From an uncultured Oscillospiraceae bacterium (GTDB lineage: Bacteria > Bacillota > Clostridia > Oscillospirales > Ruminococcaceae), in contig CABQEV010000003.1 of assembly GCA_902463265.1 (NCBI GenBank), forward strand, positions 92,242-156,241: 64,000 nucleotides of DNA, in the 5' to 3' direction. A program made the position numbers and the translations under genes. A model generated the notes under the pieces. It worked only from the letters and a program-made list of their open reading frames with translations, was not told the DNA's origin and did no database searches. Position 1 is the first letter of the stretch; the number at the start of each line of letters is the position of its first letter. Below are positions 18,544-27,572 of this stretch, piece by piece.

Positions 18544-19902
18544 TTATACCATGATTTTTCCTTCGGGGATAACTTCGTTTTTGGGGCGTTTGTCTGCGCC
18601 CATCGTAAGCGTGATAGCAAATGAAACAGGTCCGACTCTGCCTATGAACATCGTAAGACATAGGAGAAGTCTTGTGAACGGATTCGGTACATTCGTGACT
18701 CCCGCACTAAGTCCGCAGGTCGAGAATGCGGATACGGATTCAAACACAGCGTCAGTTCCCGAGATATCATATTCACGTCCGATATTGACGAAAATAAGAG
18801 ATGTTACACCTATTATAAGAGCCGAAAGCACGATGATAGAAAGCGATTTGTATACGAGATCCTTGCTGATCCTTCTGCCGAGAAGAACGGTGTCGGGCTG
18901 ATTTTTTACGACGCTTATGACAGTCGCAACGATTATCGTGAATGTTGTTATCTTTATTCCGCCGCCTGTTGATCCGGGGGCTACACCGATGAACATATAG
19001 AATACAGCCGCTATCTGCGAGAGCGGTTCGAGCTTTGTGGTATCGACGGTGGAGAAGCCCGCTGTTCTGAATGTTACCGACTGGAAAAGCGAATGAACCA
19101 GCTTCTGGAAAAATCCGTCATTTCCGATGGTGTCGGGATTGTGCCATTCAACGACTGCGAATATCATTGCGCCCGTGACTATAAGCACGGCTGTCATTAT
19201 AAGGACTATCCTCGACTGAAGACCGAGTTTTTTTGTTTTGGGATAGTTTTTGATATCCGTCCAGACAACAAATCCGAGACCGCCTGAAATAATGAGCAGC
19301 ATTATTACCGTCATAACAAGCGGATCATCCGCAACGCATGCAAGGCTTGTTCCGGGAGATTCTATGCCCATAAGGTCAAATCCGCCGTTCGTGAATGCCG
19401 AAACAGCGTGGAATATTGCCATAAAAACGCCTTCCCAGCCGTATTTCGGGACAAAATATATCATGAGCAGAAGTGCGCCGATGCCCTCGCATACCGCTGA
19501 TATTATCATTACCGATCTGACAAGCTGTCTGACATCGGAAAATCCTGAAGAATTGACCGATTCCGAAGCTGTCTGCATCGTCCGCAGACCTACCTTTTTG
19601 CCCGTTGCGAATGTGAAGAACGATGTGAATGTAACAAGTCCCAGACCGCCTATCTGCAATAACAGAAGTATCACGATCTGACCGAAAAGATTCCACTGAG
19701 TATATGTGTCGAACACGTTGAGTCCCGTAACGCAGGTCGCGGATGTTGCCGTGAACAGCGCATCTATGGGATTTGTGAATGTGCGGCTTCGTGAGCTTAT
19801 CGGCAGCATCAGCAGTACTGTTCCGGTGACGATAACGAGAAGAAAGCTCAGAGTTATGAGCTTTGTCGGGTTCATGGCCTTTTTTTGCTTTATTACAGGC
19901 AT
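18544..19902 (-). CDS. TrkH/KtrB-family potassium uptake membrane subunit
   Basis: 452 aa and polytopic, with repeated pore-loop-like GGxG segments (LQIGGLGLV, TNGGFD, ISGGLGFV, GSTGGGIK). No TrkA/KtrA gene lies next to it. Confidence 0.85.
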   Translation of the reverse strand: MPVIKQKKAMNPTKLITLSFLLVIVTGTVLLMLPISSRSRTFTNPIDALFTATSATCVTGLNVFDTYTQWNLFGQIVILLLLQIGGLGLVTFTSFFTFATGKKVGLRTMQTASESVNSSGFSDVRQLVRSVMIISAVCEGIGALLLMIYFVPKYGWEGVFMAIFHAVSAFTNGGFDLMGIESPGTSLACVADDPLVMTVIMLLIISGGLGFVVWTDIKNYPKTKKLGLQSRIVLIMTAVLIVTGAMIFAVVEWHNPDTIGNDGFFQKLVHSLFQSVTFRTAGFSTVDTTKLEPLSQIAAVFYMFIGVAPGSTGGGIKITTFTIIVATVISVVKNQPDTVLLGRRISKDLVYKSLSIIVLSALIIGVTSLIFVNIGREYDISGTDAVFESVSAFSTCGLSAGVTNVPNPFTRLLLCLTMFIGRVGPVSFAITLTMGADKRPKNEVIPEGKIMV

Positions 19903-20127
19903 AATTTTTTCCTCTTATTCAATAATATACATATATTTTTATTATACCATATCCACAGAATTTTACAAGGTGTTTTATATAAAAAATACAATGCCGCAAA
20001 GGGTTGAAATATGTGCTTTTTTGTGATATAATAAAAATATGCTGCTCTGTGCTTTAAGGGCGAAGCTGGCCGGCAGCGATTTTATCGGATAATTACATCG
20101 AATGGCGAAAGGAGGCGGTATCTGCCG

Positions 20128-20676
20128 ATGAAAAAAACAAGCTATATAATCTCACTCGGCGGAGTTATCGCTTCACTTTGCCTGCTTATGATGTTCGCAA
20201 CGGCATTGTTCCCGCCGTTTTCGATAGTAGTCCCGATGTTCACGGGAATGCTTATCGCCGTGATAAGCATAGAAACGGAGAGAAAGTGGGCAGCCGTAAC
20301 ATATGCAGCAGTGTCCGTCCTCTGCCTGTTTATGACGCCATCATATGAATCGACATTACTGTTTATATTTTTCTTCGGCTATTACCCGATACTAAAGGGC
20401 ATACTCGACAGGATCAGACCGTTTCTGCTGCGGTGGACAGCAAAGCTTGCGTGTTTCAATGCGTCGATAGTCAGCTGCTACTGGCTGATAACGAACCTTT
20501 TCGGCGTGTATGATATGTGGTCGGATTTCGATTTTTTCGGGAAATATCTTATCCCGGGACTTCTTGTCATGGCGAATGTCATGTTCCTGCTTTATGATTA
20601 TACGCTGGGCTCGATGATAATAATGTATACAAAATGGCTGAAACCGACGTTTCTTCCGAATTACAGCAAAAAATAA
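20128..20676 (+). CDS. Hypothetical polytopic membrane protein (182 aa)
   Basis: GGAGG RBS upstream of the ATG and 5-6 hydrophobic helices. No confident family assignment. Confidence 0.6.
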   Translation: MKKTSYIISLGGVIASLCLLMMFATALFPPFSIVVPMFTGMLIAVISIETERKWAAVTYAAVSVLCLFMTPSYESTLLFIFFFGYYPILKGILDRIRPFLLRWTAKLACFNASIVSCYWLITNLFGVYDMWSDFDFFGKYLIPGLLVMANVMFLLYDYTLGSMIIMYTKWLKPTFLPNYSKK

Positions 20677-20712
20677 CGGCTCATTCCGATCAGGTGGAAT
20701 GAGCCGATTTTT
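20677..20712. terminator. Bidirectional intrinsic terminator
   Basis: CGGCTCATTCC / GGAATGAGCCG 11-bp stem followed by T-run, between convergent genes. Confidence 0.8.
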
Positions 20713-21541
20713 ATAATACCTTTGTTTCTTCCTTGAGTATCCTGCCGTCTTTCAGAAGCTGCTTCAGACGTTCGCTGTCGCCTGCACGCATTGCGTCCCT
20801 GTATTCTGTGAGATGCTCGATTATTGTGTCGATCTCAAAAAGCAGAGGTTCCTTGTTCATCATGAAAAGGGGAGTCCACATATCCTCATTCAGCTTTGCA
20901 ACACGGGTGAGATCCTGAAAGCTGCCCGCACTGAATCCGAGCTGTTCAAGATGCGTCGGGCTTTTTATATATGCGTTTGATACAACATGTGCAAGCTGGC
21001 TGGTGAATGCAATGATCCTGTCGTGCTCCTCCGGAGTAGCCTTAACGACCTTTTTAAAATGTATCGAATATGCGAAATCTTCAAGGAAATTCAGCTTTGC
21101 TTCGGAAACATATTCAGTCGGCGTGATGATAAAGCTTGCATTGTCGAAAAGATTGTCAAGCGAATATGCATATCCCGAAAATTCACGTCCTGCCATCGGG
21201 TGAACGCCTATGAATGTCACGCCTCTGTCAGCGAGATTTTTGCTTACGCCGTCGGTTATCGCTTTTTTTATGCCGCAGGTGTCGATGACAACGCTGCCCG
21301 GCTTGAATTTGTCAGCATTTTTGTTTGCGTATTCAATGACAGCTTCGGGATAGAGAGCGATTATCGTGATGTCCGCAAGAGAAAGATCATTGGTTTCAGC
21401 GTCGATCGCCCCCTGCGAGATCGCACTCTGAATGGTCTCAGGATTGGTATCAATGCCGTAAACAACGTGATCTGTGTGCTTTTTTATAGTCTTGGCGAGT
21501 GAACCGCCGATAAGTCCGAGTCCGACAACTGTAATTTTCAT
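20711..21541 (-). CDS. tyrA: Prephenate dehydrogenase
   Basis: MKITVVGLGLIGGSLAK Rossmann motif and HPMAG active-site region. 276 aa. Confidence 0.85.
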   Translation of the reverse strand: MKITVVGLGLIGGSLAKTIKKHTDHVVYGIDTNPETIQSAISQGAIDAETNDLSLADITIIALYPEAVIEYANKNADKFKPGSVVIDTCGIKKAITDGVSKNLADRGVTFIGVHPMAGREFSGYAYSLDNLFDNASFIITPTEYVSEAKLNFLEDFAYSIHFKKVVKATPEEHDRIIAFTSQLAHVVSNAYIKSPTHLEQLGFSAGSFQDLTRVAKLNEDMWTPLFMMNKEPLLFEIDTIIEHLTEYRDAMRAGDSERLKQLLKDGRILKEETKVL

Positions 21542-21588
21542 ATCAATGCCTCCGCTTTAGCGCTTTTAAGCTTTTAATCGTTATATAC

Positions 21589-21617
21589 ATTATATCACGA
21601 TCCTTTTCGTAATGCAA
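21589..21617 (-). promoter_or_regulatory. Sigma-A promoter of tyrA
   Basis: On the reverse strand: TTGCAT (21617-21612), 17 nt, TATAAT (21594-21589). Confidence 0.55.
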
Positions 21618-21733
21618 TAGCTTTTTTGGATTATTTCACTTTTCGGCGAATATAAGCTTTGAGATGCCGCCGTATACAAGATATTACTGCGCTGCATTGG
21701 AGCTTGACAAACAGCAGTATTCAATTTATACTG

Positions 21734-21766
21734 AAAAAGAAAAGAGAGCGACCGATCAGCCGCTCT
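21734..21766 (-). terminator. Terminator-like hairpin (minus-strand orientation) inside the tRNA-tyrA intergenic region
   Basis: AGAGCG / CGCTCT stem (21745-21766). The reverse strand then reads CTTTTCTTTTT. No gene is obviously being terminated (see findings). Confidence 0.45.
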
Positions 21767-21910
21767 TACCACAAAGTCATTTTTCTGCGGTTGATTGTTT
21801 TTACAGAGATTTTTTGCAGAGCCCACCCGTATGATGATTTTTCGTGGCATATATGCATGATTCATGGTATATTTTATTGTTTTTAACGATATTTTATATT
21901 TTCAGCAGAT

Positions 21911-21954
21911 AAAGAAAACCGCCTATCTACGTGATCTAACATAGATAGGCGGTT
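21911..21954. terminator. Intrinsic terminator after the tRNA-Ala pair (hairpin has T-runs on both strands)
   Basis: 13-bp perfect stem AACCGCCTATCTA / TAGATAGGCGGTT. T-rich tracts follow it on either strand. Confidence 0.8.
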
Positions 21955-21960
21955 TTGTTT

Positions 21961-22036
21961 TGGTGGAGATAAGGGGATTCGAACCCCTGACCTGTTACAT
22001 GCGAAGCAACCGCTCTCCCAACTGAGCTATACCCCC
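21961..22036 (-). tRNA. tRNA-Ala (anticodon CGC)
   Basis: The reverse complement folds as a cloverleaf: GGGGGTA acceptor with G3:U70, D-arm GCTC/GAGC, anticodon loop TTCGCAT, T-loop TTCGAAT, encoded CCA. 76 nt. Confidence 0.9.
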
Positions 22037-22041
22037 GTTTA

Positions 22042-22117
22042 TGGTGGAGACGAAGGGGATCGAACCCTCGACCTTTTGAATGCCATTCAAACACGCTCCC
22101 AACTGCGCTACGCCCCC
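22042..22117 (-). tRNA. tRNA-Ala (anticodon GGC)
   Basis: The reverse complement is GGGGGCGTAGCGCAGTTGGGAGCGTGTTTGAATGGCATTCAAAAGGTCGAGGGTTCGATCCCCTTCGTCTCCACCA. It has G3:U70, anticodon loop ATGGCAT and an encoded CCA. 76 nt. Confidence 0.9.
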
Positions 22118-22133
22118 ATTTGGTTACAAGCAC

Positions 22134-22162
22134 ATTATATCACGATGCACTGCGTTTGTCAA
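22134..22162 (-). promoter_or_regulatory. Consensus sigma-A promoter of the tRNA-Ala pair
   Basis: On the reverse strand: TTGACA (22162-22157), 17 nt, TATAAT (22139-22134), about 15 nt upstream of the first tRNA. Confidence 0.7.
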
Positions 22163-22210
22163 GAAAAAAATAGCGGAGCAGATCTGCAAATCTTCCGTGC
22201 AGACCTGCTC
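22163..22210 (-). terminator. Intrinsic terminator after araD
   Basis: 13-bp stem (22176-22188 / 22198-22210; one G-U pair in the minus-strand RNA), followed on the reverse strand by T-run 22170-22163. Confidence 0.7.
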
Positions 22211-22222
22211 TGCCGACAGTCA

Positions 22223-22915
22223 TCAGTTCTGACCGTAATATGCATTTGCGCCGTGCTTGCGCAGATAGTGCTTATCCAGAAGCTCCTGCGGCATGCGTCC
22301 TGCCAGCGGATCTATCGCCATTGCATGGTAATTCATGAATGCGATCTCCTCCAGAACGACTGCGTTGTGAACAGCCTCCGCAGCCGATTTTCCCCATGTA
22401 AACGGGCCGTGATTTTTTACAAGAACAGCAGGGATGGTCATAGGATCAATGCCCTTGAATGTTTCGATTATAACTGTGCCCGTTTCCTTTTCGTATTCGC
22501 CGCCGATCTCAGCGGGTGTCATATTTCTTGTGCAGGGTATTTCGCCGTAGAAATAATCTCCCTGCGTTGTTCCCATAGGGATAATGCCTTTTCCGGCCTG
22601 TGCAAATGATGTTGCCCAGCGGCTGTGTGTGTGGACAATTCCTCCGAGATCTTCAAATGCACGGTAAAGCTCAAGATGCGTAGGTGTGTCGCTTGACGGC
22701 TTATAATGTCCCTCGGCGACCTTTCCCGTTGCAAGCTCTACAACTACCATATCATCGGCGGTCATTCCGTCATATTCAACGCCCGATGGCTTTATTACGA
22801 CCATTCCGGACTCTCTGTCAACTGCCGAAACATTTCCCCATGTGAATGTTACAAGGTGATATTTAGGAAGCATGAGGTTGGCTTCAAGAACTTCCTGTTT
22901 TAACTTTTCAAGCAT
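22223..22915 (-). CDS. araD: L-ribulose-5-phosphate 4-epimerase
   Basis: 230 aa. Class II aldolase/epimerase pattern (TWGNVS, IKPSGV, HTHS), and last gene of araA-araB-araD. Confidence 0.9.
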   Translation of the reverse strand: MLEKLKQEVLEANLMLPKYHLVTFTWGNVSAVDRESGMVVIKPSGVEYDGMTADDMVVVELATGKVAEGHYKPSSDTPTHLELYRAFEDLGGIVHTHSRWATSFAQAGKGIIPMGTTQGDYFYGEIPCTRNMTPAEIGGEYEKETGTVIIETFKGIDPMTIPAVLVKNHGPFTWGKSAAEAVHNAVVLEEIAFMNYHAMAIDPLAGRMPQELLDKHYLRKHGANAYYGQN

Positions 22916-24481
22916 TTATTTCACTTCTCCCAGTAATTTTTCTGCGACGACAGCCGATTTGTATCTTCTGATATACTCGCCGAAGCCGTCTTTTCCGTTA
23001 TTTTCGGGGGATACAGTCAGCTTTTCCATTCCCGCAAATACTTCGGCATCAAGCCAGTCCGCAAGTGATCTTCCGCCGCCGTTTATCATGTACGATGCGA
23101 GGAGAGCCATGCCCCATGCGCCGCCTTCGCCTGCTGTATCCATGACAGAAACAGGCGTATTGAGTGCGTCCGCAAGTATCTGCTGCGCTGTTCCTCTGAC
23201 CTTGAACAATCCGCCGTGTCCGGTAAACTGATCGGCTCTGACATTTTCCTTTTCAAACAGGATATCCATGCCTATTTTCAGTGATGCAAATGCCGAATAT
23301 ATCTGTGCTCTGAAAAAGTTTGCGAGATCAATTTTTCCGCCGGGCATTCTGAAATACATCGGTCTGCCTTCGGAAACGCCCGTTACAGGTTCTCCCGAAA
23401 GATAGTTGAACGCTGTGACTCCTCCGCAGTCGGCATCACCCGTCATCGCATTTTTGTAGAGCATTTCATAGAGTGATGACTTGTCCGTTTTATGTCCCAT
23501 AAGCTCAGCGAATTCACCGAACATTTTTACCCATGCGTCCAGCTCTGAGCAGCAGTTGTTGCAGTGGACCATAGCTGCGGGAGCGCCGTCGGGAGTCGTT
23601 ACCATGTCTATTTCGGGATATGCATTCTGCGGATTTTTGTCGATCACGAGCATTGAGAAGATCGAGGTTCCCGCCGAAACATTTCCCGTGCCTATGCGTA
23701 CAGCATTTGCTGCGACCATGCCCGTTCCCGCATCTCCCTCGGGCGGGCAGACGGGAATACCTGCTTTGAGATATCCCGAAGGATCGAGAAATTCAGCACC
23801 GCTTTCGGTGAGAAATGCGCCCTTTTCGCCGGCTGATCTTACGGGCGGGAGTACATCGGAAAGCTTTTTTTCAAATCCATGAGCCGACAGCCTTTCTTCT
23901 GTGATACGCAGGAATTTTTCATTGTAATTTCCGTTTTCGATAGGGAAGATACCCGATGCTTCACCGACTCCGACCGCTCTTTCGCCTGTCAGAAGGAAGT
24001 TTATATATCCCGCAAGTGTTGTGATATGTGCGATCTCGGGGACATGGGCTTCCTTGTTAAGCGCAGCCTGATACAGATGCGAAATGCTCCATCTCTGCGG
24101 GATATTGAAGCCCAGAGCCGCCGTCAGATCATCGGCTGCCTGCTTTGTTGTAGTGTTTCGCCATGTGCGGAAAGGGACGAGCAGGTTTTCGTCCTTATCA
24201 AAAGCCATGTAGCCATGCATCATAGCCGAAATGCCCATAGCTCCGACTTTTGTCAGCGGAATGCCGTATTTGCTCATGACATCTGCGGCAAGGGAGGAAA
24301 AGCAGCTTTTTATGCCGCTGTGTATATCATCAAGGGAATATGTCCAGAAGCCGTTTTCAAGGCGGTTTTCCCATTCATGGCTGCCCGATGCGAGCGGTGC
24401 GTGATCCTCGCCGATAAGGACAGCCTTTATTCTTGTGGATCCGAGTTCAATTCCGAGATATGTCTTTCCGAGATCAATCAT
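22916..24481 (-). CDS. araB: FGGY-family pentulose kinase, likely L-ribulokinase
   Basis: YLGIELGSTRIKAVL is an FGGY N-terminal phosphate-binding motif. The gene sits between araA and araD. The start is set to ATG 24481 with a GAAAGGAAG RBS; the ORF-track extension to 24586 overlaps araA. Confidence 0.75.
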   Translation of the reverse strand: MIDLGKTYLGIELGSTRIKAVLIGEDHAPLASGSHEWENRLENGFWTYSLDDIHSGIKSCFSSLAADVMSKYGIPLTKVGAMGISAMMHGYMAFDKDENLLVPFRTWRNTTTKQAADDLTAALGFNIPQRWSISHLYQAALNKEAHVPEIAHITTLAGYINFLLTGERAVGVGEASGIFPIENGNYNEKFLRITEERLSAHGFEKKLSDVLPPVRSAGEKGAFLTESGAEFLDPSGYLKAGIPVCPPEGDAGTGMVAANAVRIGTGNVSAGTSIFSMLVIDKNPQNAYPEIDMVTTPDGAPAAMVHCNNCCSELDAWVKMFGEFAELMGHKTDKSSLYEMLYKNAMTGDADCGGVTAFNYLSGEPVTGVSEGRPMYFRMPGGKIDLANFFRAQIYSAFASLKIGMDILFEKENVRADQFTGHGGLFKVRGTAQQILADALNTPVSVMDTAGEGGAWGMALLASYMINGGGRSLADWLDAEVFAGMEKLTVSPENNGKDGFGEYIRRYKSAVVAEKLLGEVK

Positions 24482-24500
24482 TCCGATCTTCCTTTCTGGA

Positions 24501-25967
24501 TCATCTCTTAAGCTTTGCCATTGTATCGAGCATTTCAAGCTGCTGCTCAAATGCGTTAAGCTCAGTCTTGCTGTCGATAACAACAAGCTCAGTGTCAGTC
24601 ATTTTTGCGAACAGTCTTATATCATCAACTGTGAGAGCGGTCGAAACTACCGCATGATGTGCGCCGCCTGCGTATATCCATGCTGCCGAGCCTGTCGCAA
24701 AATCGGGCTTCAGCTTCCACATTACTCTTGCAACGGGCAGCTTCGGCATAGGCTCAGGCTGCTTTACAAGTGTGATCTCTGCACATACAAGTCTGAAACG
24801 GTCGCCCATGTCGATCATGGAAACTGCAATTCCATCGCCTGTAACACCCTCAAAAACAAGTCTTGCGGGATCGGATTTTCCGCCGATTCCGAGAGGATGA
24901 ACTTCGATCTTGGGCTGTTCAGCGGCAAAAACAGGGGATACCTCCAGCATATGCGATGCAAGCTCAGTTTCCTCGCCGCTTGAAAGGTCATATGTATAAT
25001 CCTCGAGGAAGCCTGTTGCGCCGTCTCTGCCCTCAGCCATCCTGCAAAGTACAGCATCAAGCACAGCGGTTTTGTAATCGCCCTCGGGGCCGAAGCCTAT
25101 GCCCTTTGCCATAAGGTTCTGAGCTGCGATTCCGGGCAGCTGGGAAAGTCCGTGAAGGTCCTGGAAGGTGTCTGTGAATGCTGAGATATTTTCGCGTGCA
25201 AGGAACTTTTCAAGAGCCGCTTCATACTTTGCCTGCTCTCTTACAGCGGAAATGTTGTCCGTGTTCATTGCATATTTCTCGGAATATTCAGCCATCTTGG
25301 CATCTGTTTCGGCATCGGTTATCCCGGAAATCATATCGCAGAGATCGCCGATAGCATAATAATTCACGTTCCAGCCGTATCTGATCTCACTTTCCACTCT
25401 GTCGCCGTCTGTTACCGCAACATCACGCATATTGTTTCCGAACATAGCAACTCTCATGCCCTTGCCGAAATCAACGGCAGCGGCAGCCTGTGCAAAGCGG
25501 CGTATCTTATCGACAACATCGTCATGCTTGTAAAATCCCGAAACTACTTCACGCTTGATGCCGAGACGTGTGCATACAAAGCCGAACTCTCTGTCTCCGT
25601 GTGCGGACTGATTAAGGTTCATGAAGTCCATGTCGATGCTGTTGTAGGGAAGCTTTTCGTTGTGCTGTGTGTGGAGATGCAGCATAGGCTTTCTGAGCGC
25701 TCTGAGTGCGTTGATCCACATCTTGGCGGGGGAGAAGGTGTGCATCCACATGATAACGCCGATGCATTCCTTGTCCGAAGATGCCTTTGTGCAGATGTCA
25801 AGCGCTTCAGCTGAGTTCCTGACAACCGGTCGGAAAACTACCTCTGCGATCCCGCTGAGCTTTTCGCTGAGATATGCAGCCATTTCCTTTGAATCGGCAG
25901 CAGCCTGCGCAAGAGTTGCCTCGCCGTAAAGATCCTGACTTCCTGTGATAAAATACAATGTTTTCAT
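24501..25967 (-). CDS. araA: L-arabinose isomerase
   Basis: 488 aa. MKTLYFITGSQDLYGEATL is the typical AraA N-terminus. First gene of the ara operon. Confidence 0.9.
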   Translation of the reverse strand: MKTLYFITGSQDLYGEATLAQAAADSKEMAAYLSEKLSGIAEVVFRPVVRNSAEALDICTKASSDKECIGVIMWMHTFSPAKMWINALRALRKPMLHLHTQHNEKLPYNSIDMDFMNLNQSAHGDREFGFVCTRLGIKREVVSGFYKHDDVVDKIRRFAQAAAAVDFGKGMRVAMFGNNMRDVAVTDGDRVESEIRYGWNVNYYAIGDLCDMISGITDAETDAKMAEYSEKYAMNTDNISAVREQAKYEAALEKFLARENISAFTDTFQDLHGLSQLPGIAAQNLMAKGIGFGPEGDYKTAVLDAVLCRMAEGRDGATGFLEDYTYDLSSGEETELASHMLEVSPVFAAEQPKIEVHPLGIGGKSDPARLVFEGVTGDGIAVSMIDMGDRFRLVCAEITLVKQPEPMPKLPVARVMWKLKPDFATGSAAWIYAGGAHHAVVSTALTVDDIRLFAKMTDTELVVIDSKTELNAFEQQLEMLDTMAKLKR

Positions 25968-26000
25968 TGAATGATCCCTCCGTGCAAATTTATTATATGT

Positions 26001-26029
26001 ATTATATCGTATACGGCGGATATTTTCAA
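26001..26029 (-). promoter_or_regulatory. Sigma-A promoter of araABD
   Basis: On the reverse strand: TTGAAA (26029-26024), 17 nt, TATAAT (26006-26001). It is divergent from the AraC-family gene. Confidence 0.6.
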
Positions 26030-26098
26030 GAATATTGTTTGCCGATTATAGACATTTATTAACCTGTGTGATATAATGATAAAAAGGAGGCGGGTAAA

Positions 26099-26947
26099 AT
26101 GATAGCAAGATATGAGCAGAGCGTCCTTTCGGGAAATTTACAGGTCACAGCGCAGAAATATGCGGGGCTGCAGAATCTCCCTCACTGGCATATAGAATGT
26201 GAGCTGATCTATGCCGAGAAGGGGACAGCCGAGGTCATGACTGAAAACACTGTCTATACTTTAAATGAGAAGCAGTGCATATTCATAAAAAGCGGTGCGC
26301 TGCATTATATAAGATCCGACACGAGCAGCATTGTTTCGGTAATGAAGATGGATACGGAGCTGATAAATTCTGCCGTCGGATCTCAGACGCCTATATGTCC
26401 TCTTATAAAAAAAAGCTGCGGATTTGCGGAGACTTTTGAAAAAATCAGACAGGAGATATCCGATCATAAGAAATATTACGAGGTCATATGCGCAGGATTT
26501 GCATCAGCTATGACAGCGGAGATATTCAGAAACGAAAAAACGGAATCTCAGAAAAGTCCGTCGGAAAGCCTGGTGTATAAAGAACTGCTCAGAATAATTT
26601 CGGAGCGCTATGCAGATATAACCTTTGATGAGGCGGCGGAGATAATGTGCTTCAGCAAGCCGTATTTTTCAAAATATTTCCGAAGAATGTCGGGAATGAC
26701 ATTTTCCGAGTACCTTAATGTAGTGCGTGTGAGTGCAGCTGTGAAAATGCTTTCGCAGGGCATGGCGGCAGGTGAGACAGCGTTTGCGGCAGGCTTCGGG
26801 ACAATACGCAGCTTTAACCGAGTGTTCAGATCGTGTACCGGATATACCCCGAGAGAGCTGCCAAAGGATTTTGTCTTTATCGGAGATGCCCATGAGACGG
26901 ACGGAAACGGCTTCGACCCAACACTTCCGCCGACAAAATTGCTTTAA
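26099..26947 (+). CDS. AraC-family transcriptional regulator (cupin sensor + HTH)
   Basis: N-terminal cupin-like region (NLPHWHIECELIY) and a C-terminal double HTH (FSKPYFSKYFRRMSGMTFSEY...GFGTIRSFNRVFRSCTGYTPRE). Divergent from araABD. Confidence 0.85.
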   Translation: MIARYEQSVLSGNLQVTAQKYAGLQNLPHWHIECELIYAEKGTAEVMTENTVYTLNEKQCIFIKSGALHYIRSDTSSIVSVMKMDTELINSAVGSQTPICPLIKKSCGFAETFEKIRQEISDHKKYYEVICAGFASAMTAEIFRNEKTESQKSPSESLVYKELLRIISERYADITFDEAAEIMCFSKPYFSKYFRRMSGMTFSEYLNVVRVSAAVKMLSQGMAAGETAFAAGFGTIRSFNRVFRSCTGYTPRELPKDFVFIGDAHETDGNGFDPTLPPTKLL

Positions 26948-27063
26948 GCGTGAAAAATTCCATCTGAAACAGCTTTTTCAAAAAATATTTTTTTTGATTT
27001 TTCCCTGTTTTACGTGCTTTTTCGGCAAAGAGAAAAAAATCTCAAAAAAAATTGAAAAAACGC

Positions 27064-27092
27064 TTGACAAATCGGTTCAGATATGATAGAAT
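27064..27092 (+). promoter_or_regulatory. Sigma-A promoter of tRNA-Pro, preceded by an A/T-rich UP-like region
   Basis: TTGACA (27064-27069), 17 nt, TAGAAT (27087-27092). Long A/T runs occupy 26980-27060. Confidence 0.6.
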
Positions 27093-27153
27093 ATAATAGT
27101 CGTCAGGAGAGAGTACGAAAAACGAAAACTTAAATGATGACTTATAAACCGAT

Positions 27154-27230
27154 CGGGGTGTGGCGCAGATTGGTAGCGCGCTACCTTGGGGTGGTAGAGG
27201 CCGTGGGTTCAAGTCCCGTCACTCCGACCA
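27154..27230 (+). tRNA. tRNA-Pro (anticodon GGG)
   Basis: CGGGGTG acceptor with C1:G72, D-arm GCGC/GCGC, anticodon stem CTACC/GGTAG with loop TTGGGGT, T-loop TTCAAGT, encoded CCA. 77 nt. Confidence 0.9.
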
Positions 27231-27235
27231 GAGTA

Positions 27236-27280
27236 AAATGCCGTTGAAATTGTTCGCAGTTTCAACGGCATTTCTGTTTT
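27236..27280 (+). terminator. Intrinsic terminator after tRNA-Pro
   Basis: 12-bp stem ATGCCGTTGAAA / TTTCAACGGCAT followed by a T-rich tail. Confidence 0.75.
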
Positions 27281-27572
27281 ATCAGGTCAATTTTGTCAAG
27301 TACGTATCTTTGTTGAATTAATGCTAAAAAACCGTTCGCAGGGAATGCATATGCTCTGTCGGACGGGTTTCTTTTTTATCTGTTATATAATAATTTATTC
27401 TAATTAGGAATAAATCTTATTATTTACAATTAAGAAATAGTTTGTTGATGAATGATGAGGTATGTCATGCTATAATTAAACCATCGAAAGGAAACAAAAT
27501 CAACAGTCCCGAAAATAAAAACTTGATTGGTTTTGTTTAATATGTATAAAAAATAATTGGAGGTATACTATT

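Noticed and set aside
20040-20127. Possible riboswitch in the ~90-nt GC-rich leader upstream of the 182-aa membrane protein, which looks like an ECF S component.
   Set aside because: By eye I could not match it to any riboswitch core I know (TPP, FMN, preQ1, THF, ZTP, cobalamin). It would need an Infernal/Rfam scan before any claim.
21734-21900. T-box (tyrosine) leader hypothesis for tyrA. The trigger was GTGGTAAGAGCGG immediately 5' of a terminator hairpin, which loosely resembles the T-box GGUGGUACCGCG element.
   Set aside because: Only six nucleotides match. The candidate leader is too short (about 155 nt) and I found no stem I, specifier loop or GA (K-turn) motifs. In addition, a good tyrA promoter lies downstream of the hairpin.
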